This document shows, piece by piece, positions 1 to 9,846 of a stretch of DNA of 25,437 nucleotides. How positions within the stretch are numbered: the stretch's first letter is position 1; each line of letters starts with the position of its first letter. Under the pieces are notes generated by a model. The model saw only the letters and a program-made list of their open reading frames with translations, was not told the DNA's origin and ran no database searches. The DNA is taken from the IMG/VR virus record IMGVR_UViG_3300030376_005910, positions 1 to 25,437 of that record; one strand, written 5' to 3'. This DNA comes from a virus. Lineage: Duplodnaviria > Caudoviricetes. The position numbers and the translations under genes are program-made.

Positions 1-1962
1 AGCAGCGTGTGCTTGCTTAATGTCTTCACTTGAGTTAGGTATTCCACCTATTTCTTTTTCAGTTGTAGAAAGTTTATTCCAAATTTTATCAGGACGATTC
101 ATTGAATAATTCCTATAACCTCTTCTTTTTAAATAATACAAAAACCTAGGTTTGTTATTTTCAGCAAGTATTGGCATACCATAAAACACCATTGCCATTA
201 ATACATCTTCAAAAAATATCTCAGCTGTTTGCGGCCTTGATATATATTCTAAAAAGAAATGATTAGGTGGTGCATCTTCCATAGAAAACTTAGTTAAACC
301 ATGTAAAGCACCATTAGAACCTTTTCCATCTACAGTACCTGATATATCGTAGCTATCTAAACCAAATGCGCCAATGTGTTCATTGCCAGGGTGTTTACCA
401 TTGCTTTTTATTATCACTCTATTTTGTAGACTTTTAGGTGGGACCCAGCTTATTTGAAACCTGCCATTTCTATTAGGGTTAAATATAACCCTTGAGTCTT
501 TTATACCATTTTCCCATTGAAAGCTACCTACTGCAACAGCTGCTGAATTATTAAGTTCAGCATTAAAATCAATTTGTTCGTATATTTTAGTTAAATTAAA
601 TAAACTATCTTTTGTTTCGTCTCTGAAGGCGTGAGCTTCAGTTCTTGGAAACTGCCTGTAATATTCATTTAATCCATCAGGATCATCTCTTAAACCGTCT
701 ACTTCATTTTCCCAGTGCTCGATAACTCCTGTTGTAATTTCAAAACCATCAACTCCTTTGACTGGAGCTTTGCCTCCAATGAAGACAGGTAATCCATTAG
801 TATCGATGAATCCTTCATAGTTCCATTCCATAGGTATGAACAAGCTATAGAGCCCAGAAGATGTTTGTCCGTTTCTATTTCTTTTAGTAACGTCAGAAGC
901 GTAGTATAATTTTTTGAAGTTGTCTCCACCTTTATCTAATGCGTTTGAAGTTGAGCCCATCATACATTTACCTACGATTCTAGAACCAAGACGTAATGTA
1001 GTTTTTGTAACCCTCCAGTTGTTTAATATATTATCAGGTCTTTCCCATTTACCACTTTCATCATGGGCTAATAGTTTTAGCTTTTCACCATCATAAGAGT
1101 TGTCGCCTGTATTTTTCCAGTCAATAGTCGTATCAAGTCCGTCTAGTTCTCTAAGCTGTTCATTCGACTCAAGCTTTCTTCTAGTAAGTTTAGATGCTGG
1201 AACTCTATAAGCCAACTCAGTTTTTGGCCGGTCCATACCATCTTGAATGGGTTTAAAAAAGAACGGGTAGTTGACTGATATGGGTACAACTTTATCCGTA
1301 AACATTTTTTTGGCATCTGCACCAGACTTGGACAGTATACCGTATCTAGAATCGGAAGATATTGTAGCTTGGTTAACAAGTTCTGCGCTTGACATAAAAG
1401 AGAATCCAGATCGTCTGTTTTTAAGATAGCACATCCCGTAACACCTTGTATCTGCTTTACATGCTTCCCAAAATATAAAGAAGAGTCTGTTTGCTTCTCT
1501 ATAATCTGGTGCTCCAATATCGATTTTTGACCATTGCAAATACATATAGTGAGTACCAGTAATGTAAGTAGCCAAACCCTTATTATAGAACCAGAATCCT
1601 TTATCTCTTTTTTCAAATTCCTTATCAATGTAGTCATACCACTTTTCTTTAAATTCATTTTGATACTCTTCCCAATCAAACCTACTCTTAATCTTACTTA
1701 ACTCTTTTGGGTATTCTTGTTTTTCCCAGTATTGTTCAATTTTCTTTTCGCTTCGTTTATACGGTTCATCTGCTGCTGGTAAAGCAATCCTGAGATTCTG
1801 TATTTCAATGATTTGTCCAATTTTGCCTGTTTTGCTTATTACTATAAAATCATAATCAGAATTATAACCATAATCCCATTTTTTAAACCTATTGTTTTTA
1901 GCTAATATCTTAGGATTTACAACGTCCTTAATTTCTTTCCAAAGAGTTTGTTCGTAACTCAC
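1..1962 (-). CDS. terL: Terminase large subunit (3'-truncated by window edge; absent from ORF track)
   Basis: Manual translation from GTG at 1962 (overlapping the TerS stop, GTGA) is open to position 1: MSYEQTLWKEIKDVVNPK...YLKNRRSGFS (Walker A-like)...KLLAHDESGKW (Walker B)...MMGSTSN (motif III/coupling)...AFGLDSYD (RNase H-like nuclease Asp)...ILAENNKP. Confidence 0.92.
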   Translation of the reverse strand, partial: MSYEQTLWKEIKDVVNPKILAKNNRFKKWDYGYNSDYDFIVISKTGKIGQIIEIQNLRIALPAADEPYKRSEKKIEQYWEKQEYPKELSKIKSRFDWEEYQNEFKEKWYDYIDKEFEKRDKGFWFYNKGLATYITGTHYMYLQWSKIDIGAPDYREANRLFFIFWEACKADTRCYGMCYLKNRRSGFSFMSSAELVNQATISSDSRYGILSKSGADAKKMFTDKVVPISVNYPFFFKPIQDGMDRPKTELAYRVPASKLTRRKLESNEQLRELDGLDTTIDWKNTGDNSYDGEKLKLLAHDESGKWERPDNILNNWRVTKTTLRLGSRIVGKCMMGSTSNALDKGGDNFKKLYYASDVTKRNRNGQTSSGLYSLFIPMEWNYEGFIDTNGLPVFIGGKAPVKGVDGFEITTGVIEHWENEVDGLRDDPDGLNEYYRQFPRTEAHAFRDETKDSLFNLTKIYEQIDFNAELNNSAAVAVGSFQWENGIKDSRVIFNPNRNGRFQISWVPPKSLQNRVIIKSNGKHPGNEHIGAFGLDSYDISGTVDGKGSNGALHGLTKFSMEDAPPNHFFLEYISRPQTAEIFFEDVLMAMVFYGMPILAENNKPRFLYYLKRRGYRNYSMNRPDKIWNKLSTTEKEIGGIPNSSEDIKQAHAA

Positions 1963-2234
1963 TTACTTCTCCCTTCTGCAAAACCTCTAAAAGTTTTTTG
2001 TTCTTTAACTTCTTTAGGTTTTTCGTTTAGCATATCCTCTTCTTGTTGAATACGAGTAAGTATTTCAAAAGCATCCATTATGGCTAGCTTTTTAGTAGCG
2101 GCAGCATTTTTTAATCTATCAGCGCTTACATCATCGTCTGAGTCTACGATCTTTTCTTTTGCTACCTTGATAAGTTCCTCAATTGCTTTTTGCCCAGCTT
2201 GGATTATTTTCTTCTTCGTTTCCTTGGTATTCAT
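1959..2234 (-). CDS. terS: Probable terminase small subunit
   Basis: 91 aa helical, charged protein directly upstream of and translationally coupled to TerL. The call is mainly positional. Confidence 0.55.
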   Translation of the reverse strand: MNTKETKKKIIQAGQKAIEELIKVAKEKIVDSDDDVSADRLKNAAATKKLAIMDAFEILTRIQQEEDMLNEKPKEVKEQKTFRGFAEGRSK

Positions 2235-2772
2235 GCGTTAAGGCTATATCATTTGATTTCATACAATAAAGTCGTTCACCTTCTATAATAAACTCAAATT
2301 CAGAGTTAGGGGTGAATGTAATAAGTGTTCCAGGAGTGATTCCTACGGCTTCTAAGGCATTGTTAGTATATTTCACTATACCAACATTAGGTTGTTCTTT
2401 TCTGTTCTCTAATAAGTTTTGGTTTTTAAGTGGTTTTACAAAGCAATAATCTAAATGTGGTTTTAAATTATACATATATATTTGACCCGGTGAAACAAAA
2501 TAAAGATCATCTTTAAAATGAGTTGAGCTATTTCGTTCATTTCCCCTTTGATCATACCATCTTCTAAATACATTGTGATGGATATATAATTCATCTCCTA
2601 TATTTATTTTAGTAGTATAAGCTGCAGGAGTAGCAACTACTACAGCTTTTTTACTAATAAATCTATGGTTTTCAATGCTAGTATTGATAATAAGGTTATT
2701 ATTACCAACTCTTCGTATATTGTCATACCTATCATCATATGGCTTAACAATAAAGCTATATAAGCTTTTCAT
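2179..2772 (-). CDS. Tandem (two-domain) GroES-like co-chaperonin
   Basis: Two GroES-patterned halves: FIVKP...AVVVATP...INIGDELYIH and DYCFVKP...KEQPNVGIVKY...ITPGTLITF...EFIIEGERLYCMKSNDIAL (compare GroES DRVLVK...KEKP..GEVVAVG...VKVGDKVLF...EVKIDGEEYLIMRESDILA). Confidence 0.7.
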   Translation of the reverse strand: MKSLYSFIVKPYDDRYDNIRRVGNNNLIINTSIENHRFISKKAVVVATPAAYTTKINIGDELYIHHNVFRRWYDQRGNERNSSTHFKDDLYFVSPGQIYMYNLKPHLDYCFVKPLKNQNLLENRKEQPNVGIVKYTNNALEAVGITPGTLITFTPNSEFEFIIEGERLYCMKSNDIALTHEYQGNEEENNPSWAKSN

Positions 2773-2999
2773 TAATACTTAAGATCGTACTCTACAGATA
2801 TTGACATATTAGCATTAAACTTTTTCCAAGGCAATATTTCATTGTTTTTAGTTATATAAATATTATATGACTGATCCTTGTCTTCAAAAAGAATATCACT
2901 AATAGTATGTCCACCATATACTTCTTGACCAGTTGAATAATGCATTGCATCGTTCTTGTAGTCAGAACCTATACTAATCTTCCTTATTACCTTCGACAT
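2772..2999 (-). CDS. Hypothetical phage protein (75 aa, beta-rich)
   Basis: Clean ORF coupled to its neighbours (TAATG overlap at 2772); codon usage matches the window. Confidence 0.8.
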   Translation of the reverse strand: MSKVIRKISIGSDYKNDAMHYSTGQEVYGGHTISDILFEDKDQSYNIYITKNNEILPWKKFNANMSISVEYDLKY

Positions 3000-3222
3000 C
3001 TTCTTTTATCTCAGTATAAGTACCATCTTCAACATTGATGTTAATAGCACCGTATTCTTTTTCTAATACAGTTTTATATTCTTCAATATCTTTGTTAGCA
3101 GAAGCTATTTCATGTAATAACCCATGCTTTTGACTTTCTAATACGCCTATATTGTGTAACAATTCATTAAGCTTAGTTTGTTGCTCTTGAATAGTTTTTA
3201 ACTCTTCTTCTTTGATTTTCAT
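2974..3222 (-). CDS. Small acidic coiled-coil protein (possible fibre-assembly chaperone)
   Basis: 82 aa, heptad-like Leu/Ile pattern followed by a short beta tail (INVEDGTY); A-rich leader. The function is inference. Confidence 0.7.
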   Translation of the reverse strand: MKIKEEELKTIQEQQTKLNELLHNIGVLESQKHGLLHEIASANKDIEEYKTVLEKEYGAININVEDGTYTEIKEDVEGNKED

Positions 3223-3250
3223 TTGATTAGATTTAATTAATTATATTTCT

Positions 3251-3268
3251 TATTTATATATTTACTTG
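3251..3268 (-). promoter_or_regulatory. Candidate phage late-promoter motif, copy 1 (CAAGTAAATATATAAATA)
   Basis: Similar to the motifs at 21682 and 25085 (needs a 1-nt gap); ends 28 nt before the next ATG. Confidence 0.4.
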
Positions 3269-3281
3269 TTTTAAGTGGTTT

Positions 3282-6191
3282 TTACGTTGCTTGAGGTGTT
3301 TCAGTAGTTCTACCACTAGTAGGAGTAGTCCACTGGTTAGAAAGTGCTCCACTATTAGTAGGTTGCATATTAACACTTACGGCATTTTTATCAGAGTAAG
3401 GAGCATCAGTTGTAATATTCGTGACAGTAGTACTAGGAGCATTAAATCCACTAGTACTCCCTTGAAAATCTGTAAGACCACTTGATATTGGAGGTCCTAT
3501 CATGTAGCTACCAGTAAAACCAATTGGAGCTACATGATCCATCAAAACTTGATTACCAGCGCCTTTAGCACCTTTAACCCAGTTTTTTAAATTTGCTGCT
3601 TTTGAATGAGATTTTAAATCTCCTGGAAGTCCATTATTCCATATTTCTCTTACTTCGGTAGCTGATAATACAGTGTCAAAAAAAGCCCAATTATTAGCTT
3701 GTCCAGAAAAATTCCAACCATTCACAAGAGCAGCGTTGAGTACTGGTCTTTGATCAGAAAAAGTGTTTTTAGTTATACTAGTAGTTGAATTATCAAGTGA
3801 TCCATTTAAATAAAGCTTTAAATCACCAGGAGTGTATGTTGCTACAAAATTGTACCATTTACCACTTTCTAAAACTTCAGATGTTGCTAAATAAGTGCTA
3901 GAAGGAGCAACAGCAGTGTCAAACATAAATATAAGTTTACCATTGTCAGCTGATCCTCCAGTTGTAAAGTCTCCACCACCACCCGCTATTGCGAGTCCAA
4001 ATTCTGAAGCTTGAAAAGAGCTACCTTTACTAAATATACCGCCTCTATTACTACTAGTATTTCTTAACCATACAGAAAAAGTAAAATTACCTGAAGATGG
4101 ATAAAACCCTGAGCCAGTTTGAGCATATCTAGCTGTTGCTCCAGAAAGACTTAAAGTATTGTCATTAAATACCCTACTTAAATCACTTTGAACAAGGTTT
4201 GACTGAGACATTCCTGAGCTTAGGCCTCCAATACCAGCTGGTCTACCAACATTGGTATCAATTAAAGTAGCTCCATTGTTAGTACCATTATTAGAACCTT
4301 GACTATCTGTTATTGTTGCTGCGTCAAGTTTCCACCAAGAAACTAAATTAGGATTAGCTTCACCTACCAAAGGATTTGGTGGAGGATTAGCTGGTAAATT
4401 TCCATACAATGCCCCTGCGTTATTTGGTCCTCTTTTATCATAGTAAACTACTTGAGCTATTTCACCAACAAAACCATTTGATGATGAACTATCCGAACCT
4501 ATAAATAAACCTTTTGTAGAATCGTAAGAAGGAGTGCTAGGACCACCACTGCCGCCGCTATAATAAGACCCATTTAATGAATTTCTTACTATGCCTGCAA
4601 AGGTAAACCACACAAAAACCCACTCTCCATTTAAAGCACCTGGTATAGTTTTTCCTGGGACTCCGCTACCTACTTTGCATTTAATTCTTCCATCACTTTG
4701 TGTTAATATAGAAAAACCATTTGCGCCACCGTTTTCTATAATAATTTTATTATCTTGTGGAAAACCTTTAATCCAAAAGCCAATTGAAAAATTTGAAGTT
4801 TGTATTGATGAATTTTGAGTTATTTCTATATTATTAGTTCCATTAAAACTATAAGCTTTGTCGGATAAAACGTTATTAGCTATTTGCCATTGAGTGTTAG
4901 ATGAATCATAGATCTCACTTGCATCGAGTTTATACCAAACTTTTAAATTAGAGTTTTGAGGTATAGAAGCTAAATTTCGTATTGGTGAGCCATTATTATA
5001 AAGAGTTGTTAATTCACTTGTTGTTAATGCTACATCCCAAACTTTAAAATTACTCATTTTACCTTGCAAATCTTGATTATCAACTCCATTCGCAAGCTCT
5101 AAACTACTTGTATTGCTTGAAAGAAAACTACCAGTTATGGTAGAAGTTGATTCTCCTTTTAAATCATTATCAATATATATTTGGTATTTTGAACCTGATT
5201 GCCATTTAAAAACAAATAAATGCCATTTTCCAGCTGTCATTCCTGAAGCAAAACTTTGAAAATTATTACCACTAACAGGCCAAGTAGTATTTATATTAGT
5301 ATTATTTAATCTAAAATAAGGATAACTACCATTAGCAAACAAGTTTTGCACTCCTGATGATGCATCTAATACATCAGCATTAACCCAAAAAGATATTGTA
5401 GTAGCAGTTTGACCAGAGAAAACACCAGTTGGACCATATACCCTATCGTTAGTTCCACTAAAATCAAAAACATAATCTTGAACAGCACTGTTTGGTGTTA
5501 TGTAGCTAGAGCCGTTCCACACAGAATCAGATAATTTATAATATGCTTTAGGAGCAGGAGTTAAAGCCATAGGGTCGCCGATAGCAGATCCAGTTCCATA
5601 CAAAGTTGTTACTTGGCTTGAAGAAAGAGCGTAGTCAAATAAACAAGCATCACTCATTTTTTTAATACCATTCATTTCCCCGCCATTTCCTCCAACGCAA
5701 AACGCTCTACTACTCATAAGAGTGGAAATAGATGAAGGTATTGTACCAGTAAAAGTCAATGTTTGAGGTGAACCATCTATAAATACGGTTAACCTGTTAG
5801 CATTGCCAGTAGCAGAACCATCATAAACCATTACAACGTGGTGCCATGTGTTAGCGGTAATCTTTGAAGAAGAAACTACTTCAACACTACCTACTCCAGC
5901 GGTTGCTTGATTACTATTAACAGTAAAATCAAATTCTCCAGAAGAATGGTCAAATTTAATACTTATTTCATTGCCGCTAGTTTTTTGAACTCCCATGTAA
6001 GTGCCACTAGAACTTAAGCTGTCTAAATTAATCCAAGCCGCCATAGAAAAAGTCGTGGCTCCTGAAAGAAAATTCATTCCGCTTCCGAGAACTTGATTAG
6101 TTCCATCAAAACTTAAACTATAATTAGAACTTTTACTCTTATTAGCTTCGTTTGGCATCTGCCACTGCGTATTGTAAAACTCTGTACTCAT
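3282..6191 (-). CDS. Multi-LamG (concanavalin A-like lectin/glucanase) virion protein, four domains (protein D)
   Basis: Four copies of the pattern YSL.FDG...FS(I/V)..W...W.H....Y.G....(L/V)Y.NG...IG...G...(F/W)D.ALS..EV..LYN.G.P...WYKLD. Confidence 0.85.
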   Translation of the reverse strand: MSTEFYNTQWQMPNEANKSKSSNYSLSFDGTNQVLGSGMNFLSGATTFSMAAWINLDSLSSSGTYMGVQKTSGNEISIKFDHSSGEFDFTVNSNQATAGVGSVEVVSSSKITANTWHHVVMVYDGSATGNANRLTVFIDGSPQTLTFTGTIPSSISTLMSSRAFCVGGNGGEMNGIKKMSDACLFDYALSSSQVTTLYGTGSAIGDPMALTPAPKAYYKLSDSVWNGSSYITPNSAVQDYVFDFSGTNDRVYGPTGVFSGQTATTISFWVNADVLDASSGVQNLFANGSYPYFRLNNTNINTTWPVSGNNFQSFASGMTAGKWHLFVFKWQSGSKYQIYIDNDLKGESTSTITGSFLSSNTSSLELANGVDNQDLQGKMSNFKVWDVALTTSELTTLYNNGSPIRNLASIPQNSNLKVWYKLDASEIYDSSNTQWQIANNVLSDKAYSFNGTNNIEITQNSSIQTSNFSIGFWIKGFPQDNKIIIENGGANGFSILTQSDGRIKCKVGSGVPGKTIPGALNGEWVFVWFTFAGIVRNSLNGSYYSGGSGGPSTPSYDSTKGLFIGSDSSSSNGFVGEIAQVVYYDKRGPNNAGALYGNLPANPPPNPLVGEANPNLVSWWKLDAATITDSQGSNNGTNNGATLIDTNVGRPAGIGGLSSGMSQSNLVQSDLSRVFNDNTLSLSGATARYAQTGSGFYPSSGNFTFSVWLRNTSSNRGGIFSKGSSFQASEFGLAIAGGGGDFTTGGSADNGKLIFMFDTAVAPSSTYLATSEVLESGKWYNFVATYTPGDLKLYLNGSLDNSTTSITKNTFSDQRPVLNAALVNGWNFSGQANNWAFFDTVLSATEVREIWNNGLPGDLKSHSKAANLKNWVKGAKGAGNQVLMDHVAPIGFTGSYMIGPPISSGLTDFQGSTSGFNAPSTTVTNITTDAPYSDKNAVSVNMQPTNSGALSNQWTTPTSGRTTETPQAT

Positions 6192-6193
6192 AA

Positions 6194-9100
6194 TTAATCT
6201 CCCATTCTATACCAAGCTACCGGATCAGGTAGATTTGGATTATTAATAAAATCAGCTGATTTATTAGCCGTTGTTGAAGCTCCGTAAATATCAAACTTAA
6301 TTTGATCAGCTGTTAATTCTTTATCCCACACTGCAAATTCATCTAATTTACCAACAAAACCTGAAGTTCCATCTGGCTTAGCTCCAATAGTATTAAATTT
6401 AGTAATACCATATCTAATATTTTGACTACCAGCAACTATAGATTGCTCAACTCCATTAAAATACATTTTTCCATAAGTATCATTATTATTTTTTGTAAAA
6501 GCAAGATGTGTCCAAGCGTTTAAAGTAGGCGTAGGAGTAAATAAATTATAACCAGTTGTTGTTCTATAAAATATGTTATTTCCATTATTAATATAAATAC
6601 CATAATTATTAGCCAAGCCTGGATCACCAGTTACTACGTGGTGACCGTTTGCAGGATAATATATCCAAAATGACATAGTATTAGTTTGACCTAAATCTAT
6701 AGATGAACCTAGGCTAAAAATATCATTACCATCAAAGGCCATGCTATAATTATTATCTACAGTATATTGACTTACATATTTAGGCGTATAAACACTTTGA
6801 TCTGTTTTTAATATATTATAACTTATAGAATTAATAGTTGAATTAGGTGCGTTACCTTTTTTATCTAGCTCTACTAAACCTGAACTAGCTCCAGGAGCTA
6901 CAACTTTAGGTGCGTCAGCAGATATTGAAGGAGCATAGTCATTAACGCTTGTAGAATTATTACCATTTATAGAATCTATTAATAAATATTTATTTGAAGA
7001 ATTAGTGTACATAGCGTCACCAAGCTTCCACCAAACTGTAGGTAATAAACTACTTATATCACTTGGTTTACCGTTGTTATATATGCTTATAACTTCAGAA
7101 ACACTTAGTGTTTTATCAATAAATAAAGCAACGTTTGATAAATAAGCGTTTGAAGGATCAGCTCCACCAGTTTTTGACCCTAAATAAGTTGGTGCGTCAT
7201 CCGCAGTTAAATTAACAGTTCCAGTTCCTGCAGATGATCCGTTTATATAGAATACTACAGAACCAGAACTTATAGTTAAAGCAACGTGAGCCCACTCACC
7301 TTGAGTTATTGTTCCAGTGCTAAATTGATGTGCTCCACCACCATCTATAGCAATTGTATTGTCTGTATTTACATAAACGTAATAAACTTGGCCACCGCCA
7401 TCTCTTTTATTTAATATACCATGTCTATTACCAGTAGTATTTGTTTTAACCCAGAAAGATATAGAAGAGTTATTATTAACAGCAGTAGTTGGAGAGTCTG
7501 GTATAATAAAATTATTAGAGTTAAACAAAGTGCTAAACTGAGAATAAAGCGGGTTGTGTAAACCTAAGTCAGTATTTACTAAAGCTAAACCAGCAGTGCC
7601 AGCACTACCTCCAGTAAAAGCGCCTTCTTTGTATATTAAAAATTGTTGAAAATTAGTTAATAAACCAGTATTGCTAGATCCCTGAGAAGTGTTAACAAGA
7701 GAAGCGTCGTTAGAATTACCAGATAAATCAAGCATTTTACTATTTGTAAAATCTACACTATCGCCATTATACCAAATAGAAGGACTTAACGAAGATATAT
7801 CTCCAGCGTTTCCTGAGTTATAAAGAGTAGCTCGTTCTGAACTACTTAAAACTTTATTAAATAAAGATATTTCGTCAACTTCTACTCCATTTGAAAACTT
7901 ATTGCCGCCCCAGTTAGTAGTTGGACTAGCTGCAGTTCCCATCGTTCCTGAAAATCTTTTTAACACAGTATTGTTAGTGGCATTTAAACTACTAGAAGAA
8001 TCTATTAATACGTTGTCAAAATAAAAAGACACATTAGAGCCATCTCTCACGAACATCCAATTGTGGTAATTAAGATCAAATATTTTAGCATATTCTGTAG
8101 GGTTATTAGCTTGACTAAAAGTTAAAGTTGCTTTTTCGCTCGAACTTGTGCTATTGTAAACTTCAAGAGTTATTACATCGTTAACAGGTCCTTTTAATAT
8201 ATAAGCTCCACCATAAGTGCCTACTCCAACTTGATCTGAAAAATTGCTAAATATATTAACACCGCCGCCGTGTGTGTTAAACTTAGGTTTACTTGTTTCA
8301 AAAGGCGCACTTAATAACCAGTATGAAACAGTGCTTTGTGTACCTAGGTTTATTTGATTATCAAAAAGCATTGAAATACCAGATGAAAAACCATACCCTT
8401 GGTTAATTACAGCTGTTTTACTATTAAATGTAGTTAAAGTATTTGAAGATATAGTTTTATAATTAATTATAGGTGTTGTCCCTGTGGTAGGAGGAACAGC
8501 GCTAATCTGTGTAGAATTATCTAATTTCCACCAATAATCAGGGGATGTTGTATAATTAGCTTGAGGTTCACCACTATTGTATATATTTGCAACTTCAGAT
8601 GATCTATCACTTAGCCATATAGCTGGATTACTAATTATACCTGGCCAAGCAGCGCCTTGAGATGAATATACACCTGTTAAAAATCTTAATAAATATGTAT
8701 CACTAGCAGTTAAAGTTGCTCCAGACAAAGTTAATTCAGACCCACCGTCAATATATGCTTTAACAGCAGTTGGAGTTCTTACTATTATTAAATTATGCCA
8801 ATTGTTATCGTCAAGTTGGCCTATTGAAGCTGTTAACTCATTATTGTTAGATCTATATATTATAGAACTCAAAGGTAAACTTTGGCTATTAGCTTGATCA
8901 GTAGTGACATAAATACCGTCTGCTGAATTTGTGTAAGGGTTGTAATATGAAGATATACTTCCTTGAATAAAAAATTGACCTATTGGAATATTCGCGACTC
9001 CATTAGAATTTATCCATATAGAAAGTGTGTGTGTGTTACCTAACTGTGTTGTAGGTGTTACTAATTGCGTAAAGCTATTTCCATTAGTAGCTGTAATTGC

Positions 9101-9844
9101 TTGTTGACTTTGTGCGTGGTTAGGTACTTGCCAATTCCAAGTTCCACCTGGTGCTTGCCCAATAGCTGTTTCACCTAATTTATAATAAGCAATAGGATCA
9201 CCAGATAAATCAAATGGGTTACCTGGAGTACCTGAATTATATAAACTACTAACTTCTGAAGAAGATAAAGCTCTACTAAATATATTTAATTCATCAATTT
9301 TACCAGTTAAATATGCTTCAATACTAACGTTGCCTGTTCTATGAGTTGCTCCTATGTAAGAAATACCATCAAAACCTGAAGTTATAGGGGGATAAGAACC
9401 AACATTACCAGCGTTTAAAGTTCCATCTAAAGTGCCATTACTATATAGTTTAACATCAGCCCCATCGTAGGTAAGAGCTAAATGTACCCAAGTATTAGAA
9501 GAAAAATTACTTATAGTAACTGAAGAATCTTGAATGTGTCCTGTACCAGAACCTAGTCCAAAGAAATATTTGTAAATATTACTTACTCTTGTAATCCTTA
9601 AAAAGAATCTTGCTCTGCTGCCACCAAAATCATAAGTGCCTAAAATACTACTACTTGTATTATTACTAATATCTGGCATATTAACCCAAGCCGAGATAGA
9701 GCAATTTAGTGTTAAATTATTAGCCGGTATAAAACCTGTGCTAATATAACTACTCCCGTTAAAATTTAAACTATAATTACTCTGCTTATTAGCGTTAACA
9801 TTGTTTGGTAATAACCAATTACCTTGTACGAATTTACCTGCCAT
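6194..9844 (-). CDS. Multi-LamG virion protein, five domains, the last ending abruptly at WYRMGD (protein C)
   Basis: Repeated LamG signatures such as WVHLALTYDG.DVKLYSNG, GKIDELNIFSRALS, WAHVALT and GKLDEFAVWDKELT. Confidence 0.85.
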   Translation of the reverse strand: MAGKFVQGNWLLPNNVNANKQSNYSLNFNGSSYISTGFIPANNLTLNCSISAWVNMPDISNNTSSSILGTYDFGGSRARFFLRITRVSNIYKYFFGLGSGTGHIQDSSVTISNFSSNTWVHLALTYDGADVKLYSNGTLDGTLNAGNVGSYPPITSGFDGISYIGATHRTGNVSIEAYLTGKIDELNIFSRALSSSEVSSLYNSGTPGNPFDLSGDPIAYYKLGETAIGQAPGGTWNWQVPNHAQSQQAITATNGNSFTQLVTPTTQLGNTHTLSIWINSNGVANIPIGQFFIQGSISSYYNPYTNSADGIYVTTDQANSQSLPLSSIIYRSNNNELTASIGQLDDNNWHNLIIVRTPTAVKAYIDGGSELTLSGATLTASDTYLLRFLTGVYSSQGAAWPGIISNPAIWLSDRSSEVANIYNSGEPQANYTTSPDYWWKLDNSTQISAVPPTTGTTPIINYKTISSNTLTTFNSKTAVINQGYGFSSGISMLFDNQINLGTQSTVSYWLLSAPFETSKPKFNTHGGGVNIFSNFSDQVGVGTYGGAYILKGPVNDVITLEVYNSTSSSEKATLTFSQANNPTEYAKIFDLNYHNWMFVRDGSNVSFYFDNVLIDSSSSLNATNNTVLKRFSGTMGTAASPTTNWGGNKFSNGVEVDEISLFNKVLSSSERATLYNSGNAGDISSLSPSIWYNGDSVDFTNSKMLDLSGNSNDASLVNTSQGSSNTGLLTNFQQFLIYKEGAFTGGSAGTAGLALVNTDLGLHNPLYSQFSTLFNSNNFIIPDSPTTAVNNNSSISFWVKTNTTGNRHGILNKRDGGGQVYYVYVNTDNTIAIDGGGAHQFSTGTITQGEWAHVALTISSGSVVFYINGSSAGTGTVNLTADDAPTYLGSKTGGADPSNAYLSNVALFIDKTLSVSEVISIYNNGKPSDISSLLPTVWWKLGDAMYTNSSNKYLLIDSINGNNSTSVNDYAPSISADAPKVVAPGASSGLVELDKKGNAPNSTINSISYNILKTDQSVYTPKYVSQYTVDNNYSMAFDGNDIFSLGSSIDLGQTNTMSFWIYYPANGHHVVTGDPGLANNYGIYINNGNNIFYRTTTGYNLFTPTPTLNAWTHLAFTKNNNDTYGKMYFNGVEQSIVAGSQNIRYGITKFNTIGAKPDGTSGFVGKLDEFAVWDKELTADQIKFDIYGASTTANKSADFINNPNLPDPVAWYRMGD

Positions 9845-9846
9845 AA

